Shown here: positions 56,323 to 64,000 of the stretch, piece after piece
Layout: each line of letters starts with the position of its first letter
Position numbering within the stretch: the stretch's first letter is position 1
DNA from: an uncultured delta proteobacterium
GTDB lineage: Bacteria; Desulfobacterota; Desulfobaccia; Desulfobaccales; 0-14-0-80-60-11
Length of the DNA stretch: 64,000 nt
Assembly (NCBI GenBank): GCA_963812015.1
Contig: CAWETI010000003.1
Location: 320,001-384,000, forward strand
Direction of reading: 5' to 3'
The notes under the pieces: model-generated
What the model was told of the DNA's origin: nothing
What the model saw: only the letters and a program-made list of their open reading frames with translations
Database searches by the model: none
Position numbers and translations under genes: made by a program

Positions 56323-57903
56323 TTATTTGGGGTAAGGGCGGCCCTGGGGCCGGGACACCAGCCAGGCGGGGATTTGACCGCGGGGCCGGGGGCTGTGGGG
56401 CAGGGCCACCATAAGGGGGAGGATGGAGTGCTGTTTGAACCAGGTTTCCAGATCCAGGAGATTCTGGGGAGCTTTGAGGCACAGGAGGGCTTTGCCGTCT
56501 TCGACAATCCAGCGCAGGTTTTCCGGCGGGGTCAGGGCCGCGGCGTCGCCGGGGTAGACGGCCAGGGCGGCGCAGTGGTAGAGGTAACTCCAGAAGCTGC
56601 CGGAGGGGGCAGCCGCGAGGATATTCTGCCAGTGATCGGACCGGTGGCCCGGGGGCAGGCAGACCCGGTTCACTTGGCAATCGCGAGCGGTTTTCAAAGA
56701 CCAGGAATTGCGCACCCCCAGGGTTTGATCGCCAAAAATCTGGCCGCCGGCAGCCCCGGCCAGGGCCACCGCGCCCCAATCCCCGGCCACAAAACGGTTG
56801 TAGTCTCCCTGACGGAGGGTTTCCAGGGCCTTCTGATAGAAGGCCAGGGCCGACTCCGAGATAGCCGGAGGCAGGCGCCAGATGAGGCGGCGGGGACCCC
56901 AGTGGCGATGCTCTTGCAGAAAGGCGGTGTAATTATCCGACGTCAACGCCAGCACCAGGGGCTCTCGCCACTCCCGGGAGAGCTCGGCGGCTTCAGCGTA
57001 ATCCCGGGCCTCCAGCCAGATGCGGCCCCGGGGCGGCGCCTGAGGCCGGGAGGGGCCTGAGACGCTCCGCTGTGAGGGCGGCAGCGGGTACACCGGGGGG
57101 CCGGTACGGGTTCCGGGCGGGGGGGACATCCGAAGGCTCTCCCCAAAGGCCTCCACCACCTCCCGGGCCGCGGTCAGGGCCCGGGGACGCTCCATGGGGG
57201 AGGCCGTGGCCACAGCTTGATAGAGCTTGATCACCTGGGCCAGGGCGGCGGGAGCAAAGAGCTCGCCTCTGATCTGGACCGCCTCGATACCGAGCTGGCA
57301 CAGGCCGGAGAAGGTTTCCAGGGCGGCCATCAGCGTGCCGGCGTGTTCCGGCCGGGCCAGGCAGCAGGTTTCGCAGCTCACCCCCAGGTACTCTTCCATG
57401 AGGCACATACCGGCATACCCCTGACAGCCGGCGGGCAGGGTAACGGCCAGGGACATGGCGGTTTGGCGCCGGATCAAGGCCAGGTCCTTTAAACTTATGG
57501 GTCCTGCCAGCACCACCCGGCTGAATCCCAGAGATTCCGCCAGCCGGATGCCCGGGGAGTTATGGGCGCCCCAGTTGCCGGCGGCCTGGAGGGGCAGGTG
57601 GGGGTAACGGTGGCGGACCTCCCGGACGAGGCCCAGGTCCCTAAGCTGCACGCCATCTGGATCAAGCCGGGCGATGGTGGCGAGGATATCCGGCACCCCG
57701 GGAAGTTCCCGTTCCCGGACCAGCCAATCCCAGGTAAGATAAAACGTCAGGCCCCGACGCCGGGCCGCGTCCCGCCAGTCCGTGAGGTCGGAGAAGACCT
57801 GGGCATCCGGCTGCCGGGGCAGAGGGACCGCCACCCCGCCCACGCGCAGATCCAGGGCGGTGGTGAGGGTTTCCGGGTCCTGAATATGCACCACTAATTC
57901 CAT
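56323..57903 (-). CDS. Divergent U32 peptidase-like protein
   Basis: DGVQLRDLGLV, LGFSRVVLA…SLKDL and Cys cluster CQGYAGMC…CETCC. Confidence 0.6.
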   Translation of the reverse strand: MELVVHIQDPETLTTALDLRVGGVAVPLPRQPDAQVFSDLTDWRDAARRRGLTFYLTWDWLVRERELPGVPDILATIARLDPDGVQLRDLGLVREVRHRYPHLPLQAAGNWGAHNSPGIRLAESLGFSRVVLAGPISLKDLALIRRQTAMSLAVTLPAGCQGYAGMCLMEEYLGVSCETCCLARPEHAGTLMAALETFSGLCQLGIEAVQIRGELFAPAALAQVIKLYQAVATASPMERPRALTAAREVVEAFGESLRMSPPPGTRTGPPVYPLPPSQRSVSGPSRPQAPPRGRIWLEARDYAEAAELSREWREPLVLALTSDNYTAFLQEHRHWGPRRLIWRLPPAISESALAFYQKALETLRQGDYNRFVAGDWGAVALAGAAGGQIFGDQTLGVRNSWSLKTARDCQVNRVCLPPGHRSDHWQNILAAAPSGSFWSYLYHCAALAVYPGDAAALTPPENLRWIVEDGKALLCLKAPQNLLDLETWFKQHSILPLMVALPHSPRPRGQIPAWLVSRPQGRPYPK

Positions 57904-58109
57904 GGAGTTGATGATCACACCTCGGGGTTAGGCCCCAGTCTCCCGAAGCGAGAAGGCCGGAGCAGGTTACGGTTATTATGCCAGATACCGGCGGCGAGGA
58001 CAAAATCCGGTTTCACGGCCGGGGGAAACCAGAAATCCTTCAACTAAAAACCGTCTCTCCTTGACATCGCCCCGGGGTTATCCATATTGTTACTAATCAC
58101 CTCAAGGAG

Positions 58110-58721
58110 ATGACTATGAAAGTTCTGGGCATATTCGGCAGTCCCCGGCGGCAGGGGAACTCTGACACCCTGATGAAGGCCTTTCTCCAGGGGGCGGCGG
58201 AGGCCGGCGCGCTGGTGGAAGAGATTTTTCTAAGGGATCTGAAAATTTCCCCTTGCCTGGAAATATATCATTGTTTCAAGGATGGCACCTGCCCTATTAA
58301 GGACGAAATGCGGGGGCTGTATGACAAACTGCTGGAGGCCGATGTGGTGGCCCTGGGGTCGCCGGTGTTTTTTTACAGTGTTTCGGCCCAGGTCAAGGCC
58401 ATGATTGACCGGACCCAGGCGTTGTGGGCCCGGCGCTATGTGCTGAAAGATGATTTTCCCGGGGGCAACCGCCAGGGGGTGCTGTTGGTCACCGGCGCCA
58501 CCAAGGGGCGGCTGCTGTTCGTGGGCTCCCGCCTGGTGGCCAAGTATTTCTTCGACGCCATCAATGTCAGGTATGCCGCGGAGATCCTGGTGCGGGGGGT
58601 GGATGAAAAAGGGGCCATCAATGACCGGCCGGAGGTTCTGGAGCAGGCCCGGGACCTGGGCCGGCGCCTGGCTGAAGGCGAGGTGATGGGCCCCATCAAG
58701 ATGGACCCCCTGGCGGTTTAA
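58110..58721 (+). CDS. Flavodoxin family / iron-sulfur flavoprotein-like
   Basis: GSPRRQGNS, PCLEIYHC…C and GSPVFF…KAMIDR. Confidence 0.85.
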   Translation: MTMKVLGIFGSPRRQGNSDTLMKAFLQGAAEAGALVEEIFLRDLKISPCLEIYHCFKDGTCPIKDEMRGLYDKLLEADVVALGSPVFFYSVSAQVKAMIDRTQALWARRYVLKDDFPGGNRQGVLLVTGATKGRLLFVGSRLVAKYFFDAINVRYAAEILVRGVDEKGAINDRPEVLEQARDLGRRLAEGEVMGPIKMDPLAV

Positions 58722-58896
58722 GGGAGGTACAAAAATGATGTGAGGGGAGGGCCAGGGACCCTTACAAAAAAGTCCCTGCCCTCCCCCCACACCCCCCTCC
58801 CAACCCGTGAATGGAGATTGGCAGGGCGGGGCCTTCAGCCCCGGGTTACTCAAGGGAAATGAACGACGGATTAACCATGCGATCAACGGAGGTCTT

Positions 58897-59286
58897 ATGG
58901 CACTAACGGTGGGAATGACCAATGAGATGCGGCTCAAGACCGGCCCGGAGCACTCCGCGAAAAGATTCTACCCCAAAGTTCCGAATGTCTTCGGCACCCC
59001 CTTCCTGGGAGGAATGTTTGAGGGGGTGAGCGCCGATCTGATGGCGCCCCATCTGGGGCCGGGGGAAACCTCGGTGGGGATTTCCATGAGTCTGACGCAT
59101 ACGGCCCCTACTCCCCTGGGCATGGAGGTTCGGGCCACCACCGAGATTACCCAGGTGGAAGGCAAAAAGATCACCTTCAAGCTGGAGGCCTTTGATGAGA
59201 AGGAAAAGATTGGCGAGGCCGTCCACGAACGTTTTATAATTAATGAAGCGAAATTCAATCAACGGGTGGAGGCCAAGAAGAGCTGA
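58897..59286 (+). CDS. Hot-dog fold thioesterase (FlK-like)
   Basis: VFGTP…E, SVG…HTAPTPLG and GEAVHERFII. Confidence 0.82.
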   Translation: MALTVGMTNEMRLKTGPEHSAKRFYPKVPNVFGTPFLGGMFEGVSADLMAPHLGPGETSVGISMSLTHTAPTPLGMEVRATTEITQVEGKKITFKLEAFDEKEKIGEAVHERFIINEAKFNQRVEAKKS

Positions 59287-59321
59287 AGCCAAGCACACCT
59301 TCCCTGGATTTTCCCTACGAT

Positions 59322-60077
59322 TTGGTGTCCCTGGGGCATTTCGAGGCCGGCGGCGGCTGGGAGGCCCAAATCCGCCAGTACGTCCGGAAGAAGTACCGCC
59401 AGGACCTGGCCGGGCTGGCCGACCTGGACCCCCAGGCCTTGGCCGGGCTCTTCCGGGGGGAACTGGTGGCCGGCCGCCCCTACGCCACCATCCAATGGGT
59501 GTTGCGGGTGGTGCCTTTCCGTCCCCTGGAGATGTACCTGCTCTTCGACCAGGACCCCGAGTTCGGCATGGATCTCAGGGTTTTTTATGCCAGGAAGAGC
59601 CTGGCAGTCCCCACTGAGGACGCCTACGTCTTTGCCTGGGATTACGTGGCCCTGCTGGCCCGCTATGGCCGGGGCACGTTCGGCCTGGAGAATGCCGGCC
59701 CCGGTTTGGCGTGGCTGCCGTTCTCGGACTTCGCCCCGGAGGGGGCGGGCCCCATGAAGGATGTATCCCTGGGGGCCCGGGAGGAGATCCTGGAAAAGGT
59801 GGGGCCCGCAGTGGTGGAGGTGGCGGTCCGGCGGATGGATTGCGGCAGTTTTGCCAGGAGAGACGACTTTTGGGAGGTGACCTGGCCCATCCTGGGCGAC
59901 CTGGCCTTCCGGTTCCGGTACCGCCCGGCCGGCGCGGAGATGGCCTTTGACAGTCGTGGGGCCCGGAAGTACGGCCCGGAAATTCTCATGAGTTTCACCT
60001 GGCTGTATATCAATGGACTCCTGAGGGAATGCCGCCAGGTGGACGCCTCGCTGCCAAAGCTGTCCCGGTATTTTTAG
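59322..60077 (+). CDS. Hypothetical protein, DUF3786-like
   Basis: VPFRPLEMYLLFDQDPEFG…F pattern; start uncertain. Confidence 0.5.
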   Translation: MVSLGHFEAGGGWEAQIRQYVRKKYRQDLAGLADLDPQALAGLFRGELVAGRPYATIQWVLRVVPFRPLEMYLLFDQDPEFGMDLRVFYARKSLAVPTEDAYVFAWDYVALLARYGRGTFGLENAGPGLAWLPFSDFAPEGAGPMKDVSLGAREEILEKVGPAVVEVAVRRMDCGSFARRDDFWEVTWPILGDLAFRFRYRPAGAEMAFDSRGARKYGPEILMSFTWLYINGLLRECRQVDASLPKLSRYF

Positions 60078-60267
60078 TCGGATGCACTGCGTTTATTGCC
60101 ATAAAGCCAGCATCGTCCTGCGCCCCACCTGAAGCGGGGTGGAAATCGGCTGCCCGGGTTGCGGCCGCGTCTATTCGGCGGCGGAGATCAAGGAACTGGT
60201 CAGACGATTGCGGCCGGCCGGGAAGGGCAGACCGGAGCCGGCCGGCCCGAGTAAATAAAGGGGTTGC

Positions 60268-60546
60268 ATGAGCAGCCGACTGAAAGATTTGAGCCGTTTG
60301 AGCCGGCCGAACCAGGCCCGTTCAGGTCAGGTCAAGGTCAGCTATGGGGTCCATAACCTGGAGGCGGCCATCGCCGGAAAATCCGTCAGCGAGGTGCGCC
60401 AGGCCTTGAAAGAGCCATTGAACATCGACCCCCGGGCCCTGGCCCTGGTGAACGGCCGGGACGTGGCGGCTTCGTATATCCTGAAGCAGGATGACCAACT
60501 GGAGTTTGTGCGCCTGGCGGGAGAAAAGGGCCGGGACGCCGATTAA
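60268..60546 (+). CDS. Ubiquitin-like (beta-grasp, MoaD/ThiS-related) protein
   Basis: ALVNG..V…Y.L..DD.LEFVRLAGEKG plus an RDAD extension. Confidence 0.7.
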   Translation: MSSRLKDLSRLSRPNQARSGQVKVSYGVHNLEAAIAGKSVSEVRQALKEPLNIDPRALALVNGRDVAASYILKQDDQLEFVRLAGEKGRDAD

Positions 60547-60640
60547 CCCTCCGCGCCGGAGTAGTGTCCTAATTTGCCTGGGCACGTCACTCCTCTAATT
60601 TTTGCCAAACTTCGCATTGATTCTTGACAAATATATGATT

Positions 60641-60662
60641 ATGGTATCAGATGTGATACCAT
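60641..60662. promoter_or_regulatory. Perfect inverted repeat over the start codon (likely TA operator)
   Basis: ATGGTATCA-GATG-TGATACCAT; TTGACA at 60624. Confidence 0.6.
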
Positions 60663-60975
60663 GGATTCAAAAAAGCTAAACACGCTGAAGCGCCGCCATG
60701 TTGCCCTCAGGAAAGGAGCTGATATTACAAGGCGAGCTTTGGTCAGTTTAGCTAAATCTCTCGGTAGGAAGACTTCCCCTCGGGGAAAGGAACCCACATA
60801 TGTAAGTGAATTTTTCGCCCTAAGACCGCTTGCTATACCTTCACACCGAATCATAAAGGAATATACGGCAAAAAGTATTCTGGACCAATTGGAGGAAGAC
60901 ATCTTCCAATGGGAAGAATATCTTAGGAAGGAATTAAAGGCTAAGAAAAGCAAGGATAAGGAGCCAAATTCATGA
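60661..60975 (+). CDS. HicA-like toxin (divergent)
   Basis: Basic 104-aa protein with LAIPSH..IKEYTAKSILDQL; ATGA overlap with hicB; no clear GSH motif. Confidence 0.55.
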   Translation: MDSKKLNTLKRRHVALRKGADITRRALVSLAKSLGRKTSPRGKEPTYVSEFFALRPLAIPSHRIIKEYTAKSILDQLEEDIFQWEEYLRKELKAKKSKDKEPNS

Positions 60976-61553
60976 AAGCAACGGCTACTGAATATCTAAA
61001 AAAGCCGTATTCTCGCACTCTCATCCCTGTCGGCGATGGAACATTTTTTGCGGAGATACTGGAATTTCCAGGGTGTTTTGCAGAGGGGCAAAGCCCCGAG
61101 GAAGCTTATAAAAATCTTGAGGCCGTTGCTGAATCATGGATTGAGGCCGCCCAAGATCGGGGGCAGGAAATCCCTGAACCCTTTGCAACCCACGATTTTT
61201 CGGGTCGCGTTGCTCTCCGCATCCCAAGGAGTATTCATAAGCAAGCAGCAAAGTTCGCTGAAATTGATAACACTAGCCTCAATCAGTTTTTTTTGACTGC
61301 TGTCGCAACAAGAGTAGGCGCTGAGGAGTTCTTTGAGCGCCTATATAATAGGTTGGAAGCCAAATTCATGACAATTTCAACAGCGATATCTTCTCATACT
61401 ATCAACTTTCATGGTCCTTTTAAATTGACAGCTGTGAAGATGATAGCAACCCAAGTTTTCCCTTCAGCCTTATCAGATCAACAATTTATTTTGGCAACCG
61501 ATGGGCTGCTAACGACAGCTACAAGTAGCCAAATTATTGAGGAGGAAGCTTAA
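60972..61553 (+). CDS. hicB: HicB-family antitoxin with RHH domain and C-terminal extension
   Basis: FAEILEFPGCFAEGQSPEEA and FSGRVALRIPRSIH…SLNQ. Confidence 0.88.
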   Translation: MKATATEYLKKPYSRTLIPVGDGTFFAEILEFPGCFAEGQSPEEAYKNLEAVAESWIEAAQDRGQEIPEPFATHDFSGRVALRIPRSIHKQAAKFAEIDNTSLNQFFLTAVATRVGAEEFFERLYNRLEAKFMTISTAISSHTINFHGPFKLTAVKMIATQVFPSALSDQQFILATDGLLTTATSSQIIEEEA

Positions 61554-61554
61554 A

Positions 61555-61812
61555 ATGGGTGAACCACAAATAATAACTTTTTCATACAAAGAACTTGCGA
61601 CAGTGCTAATTAAGCATCAGGGGATTCATGAAGGATTATGGAGTGTAACTGTGCAACTTGGTTTGCAAGGTGCGAATGTCAAAGTTGGTCCTTCTGAAGA
61701 GGAGATGGTTCCAGCAGCAATTATTCCATTGATGAGAATTGGATTACAGAAACAAAACAAGCCCAACCCATTAACGGTTGATGCCGCAGAAGTCAACCCA
61801 ATCAAACCTTAA
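61555..61812 (+). CDS. Hypothetical protein, third gene of the TA islet
   Basis: Starts 1 bp after the hicB stop; GAGGAGG RBS; same low GC; terminator at ~61840-61874. Confidence 0.65.
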   Translation: MGEPQIITFSYKELATVLIKHQGIHEGLWSVTVQLGLQGANVKVGPSEEEMVPAAIIPLMRIGLQKQNKPNPLTVDAAEVNPIKP

Positions 61813-62187
61813 TCTTCCAATGAAGTGAACAACTTGTTAAAGAAGGGCTCAGTTATTGGATGAGTCCTTTTTTTCGTTCTGCGATCCTTAAAGATGGAAG
61901 CCCTGACAGCCTTCTCCGATGAATCTATGGGTGGGATATGGAGCACGGCATAATACCGGCGCTTAGTGTTTTCCCATTAGGGATGATGACCAAGCGTAGC
62001 ATTTAGTGGCCTGAGGGTGGCCCTTGATCTGGAAAATTGCTTGTGCAAGAGATAAATTAGGGCACTACTCGCGCCGGGGCGCCTTTGACAGGACCGGAAA
62101 AAAAAGATATACATATAAGTTACGCAGGGCATAGAGCTGACGCAGTTTCTGGTTATCGCCTGCGATCCACCACAACGGAGATTATCT

Positions 62188-62406
62188 ATGGCCCGGGTTA
62201 CCATTGAAGACTGCCTGGAACAAGTGCCGACCCGCTTCGGGCTGATCCACCTGGCGGCCAAGCGGGTGCGCCAGATCTACCGCGGGGCGCCGGTTCTGGT
62301 CAGAGGGGACAACAAAGAGATCGTCATGGCCCTGCGGGAGATCGCCGCAGCTAAGATCGTGCCCACCACCCCCCTGAAAGCCCTGCCGGAACCCGAAGAA
62401 GAATAA
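62188..62406 (+). CDS. rpoZ: RNA polymerase omega subunit
   Basis: [29 protein letters not shown]…ALREIA. Confidence 0.96.
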   Translation: MARVTIEDCLEQVPTRFGLIHLAAKRVRQIYRGAPVLVRGDNKEIVMALREIAAAKIVPTTPLKALPEPEEE

Positions 62407-62479
62407 CCCTTACCCCATCGCGTGCGGACCTGCTGCGGCCTCACTCAAGGAGTGGGGGGCGGAGGTTCGCCCTGGTTGC

Positions 62480-63436
62480 TTATCCCGGCAGGACACCGGC
62501 GCCGGCGCCGGTCCAGCACAGTACCAGTTCCTCTTGTTCCGGCGCGGCATCCGGCCCCCAGATCTCCAGGTCCCAATGCCACACCGCGGGGAGGGGCCAG
62601 CCGGCGACGATATCCGCCTCCACAAATTCCTGAAGTTTTCCCAAGGCGTCTTGCGGTTCCTGGCGCTGGGCCACCGCGCTGAGCAGGGCCTCCAGGAGAG
62701 CCACAAACTGCTGCTGCCACGGCGGCTTGGCGCCGTCGCCGCAGACCGTCCGCCATTCGGCGCTATTCCGGCAGCCGGGCAAGGATAGGCGAAACGGCTC
62801 CAGGGCGGTCCAGTCCGGCCAGCCTTTCAAGGTGAGAAAGATGGCCCGGGAGGTGCGGCCCAAGAGCACGGGGACCGACTGAGTTTGTAGGAAGGGGGCC
62901 AGGGCCCGGCGCCAGAGGCGATAGCGCATCAGGGCCAGTTCGGGGTCCACGGTTTCCGGGACCCCGGGGGCGGGCTCGAAGGCCTCCTGATCCCTCCAGG
63001 GTTCCGGCTTGAAGATGTCTTGCAGCCAGTCTTGTCCCTTATCCACCAGGAGGAGTTGGGCGTCCTGATCGGCCTGCATTTTTTCCAGCTGCCAGGCCAG
63101 GGACCAGGCATTGGAGGAAGGTGGCTGCGCCTCCGGGGCCCCGGGCTGCCCATAGCCGCGGATGGCCTGGAGCATATTCTCGCCGGCGTCCTCCTGGTCC
63201 CGGCGGTAATCGGCAAAGGCCCGCCACTGGCGCAAATCCCCGGGCTGATAATGCTCCAGCTCCCGGGGATGGACCTCGGCTTCCGGGGGTAACGGCATCC
63301 CCTGGTAGGGCAGTTGTTCAGGCCACCCCGGGATTACCCCCACCTTCAAGTCAGGCAGATACAGCGGCAAGGTCCAAAACTCCTCCCGCCACGGCAGGAT
63401 TACCGGAAAAGCGACGATGTGCCAGGGCGATTCCAT
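62480..63436 (-). CDS. Hypothetical protein
   Basis: Long GC3-rich ORF with GGAGG RBS before ATG 63436; no motif recognised. Confidence 0.65.
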   Translation of the reverse strand: MESPWHIVAFPVILPWREEFWTLPLYLPDLKVGVIPGWPEQLPYQGMPLPPEAEVHPRELEHYQPGDLRQWRAFADYRRDQEDAGENMLQAIRGYGQPGAPEAQPPSSNAWSLAWQLEKMQADQDAQLLLVDKGQDWLQDIFKPEPWRDQEAFEPAPGVPETVDPELALMRYRLWRRALAPFLQTQSVPVLLGRTSRAIFLTLKGWPDWTALEPFRLSLPGCRNSAEWRTVCGDGAKPPWQQQFVALLEALLSAVAQRQEPQDALGKLQEFVEADIVAGWPLPAVWHWDLEIWGPDAAPEQEELVLCWTGAGAGVLPG

Positions 63437-63892
63437 AAGCCCTCCACTGGCTTTTTTATACTGACTTGCAGTCAAAGGGTGGCACAGGCTAAAGCCTGCG
63501 GCTACAATAATAGCTCTTTGGACGCAACTCGATATTAGGGCACGGCCCGCCGTGCCCCTAGGGTGGCAAAGTAATTTATTTTCTGCTCCGGGTAATAATG
63601 CCCGGCGAAGTCTTCCTATTCATATCTCAGGAGTCTCCCAGATTCAAGGGCAAGACGGGGCGCGGCGATGATTATAGCAATTGCAAAAAGTTTTTTCCGT
63701 TATGACACATGCTCCAAGAACCTAAATCCCCCCTACCCCCCCTTTTCCAAAGGGGGGAACTTAGCGGAATTCCTTTTAAAGTCCCCCTTTGAAAAAGAGG
63801 GATTTAGGGGGATTTAAAAACCATCACTGAGAAGGAATTTTTGGCAAACGCTATAATCGGAGCAGGAAAGGGATTCCCGCCACCCCCACCCA

Positions 63893-64000
63893 CTAAACAT
63901 GATACGGGTGGCCGGTTTTGATGGTCATGGCCCGATAGAGCTGCTCCAGGAGGACGAGGCGGGAGAGTTCATGGGTCAGGGTGAGGGGGGAGAGAGACAG
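63893..64000 (-). CDS. rlmH: 23S rRNA pseudouridine-1915 N3-methyltransferase, C-terminal part (runs off window end)
   Basis: [35 protein letters not shown]. Confidence 0.93.
   Translation of the reverse strand: MSLSPLTLTHELSRLVLLEQLYRAMTIKTGHPYHV

Noticed and set aside
63560..63900. SCC-like island integrated at the rlmH 3' end
   Set aside because: No recombinase or duplicated rlmH end is visible; only a family C repeat follows

Overview
High-GC chromosomal window from an anaerobic deltaproteobacterium (Desulfobacterota-like; inferred from gene content, and the 16S should be classified to confirm). The backbone is housekeeping and metabolic: hisS (partial), aspS, a Re-citrate-synthase-like enzyme, split methylmalonyl-CoA mutase, trpB2, tpx, a TetR-controlled efflux operon, moeA, ADP-forming acetate-CoA ligase, a complete rrn operon (16S-tRNA-Ile-tRNA-Ala-23S-5S), mucR, mscL, rubredoxins, rpoZ and rlmH (partial). 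Intergenic DNA is full of several REP-like palindrome families. Highlights: (1) Two near-identical 1.19-kb IS110 (IS621-like) elements sit at a CT core inside two different REP-like repeats. Their left non-coding end contains a readable bridge RNA whose four guide segments match both insertion sites and the element's own circle junction, and that junction rebuilds a TTGACA-N17-TATGTT promoter. (2) Two gene cassettes directly behind the 5S rRNA gene are each closed by a truncated 5S copy. (3) Two in-frame UGA (selenocysteine) reading frames are missed by the ORF track: an intact Sec-rhodanese and a remnant of a [NiFeSe]-hydrogenase large subunit. (4) A low-GC DUF262 + HEPN two-gene islet has an early amber stop in the DUF262 gene. 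(5) An orphan ubiquitin-like gene lies beside a HicAB-type islet.
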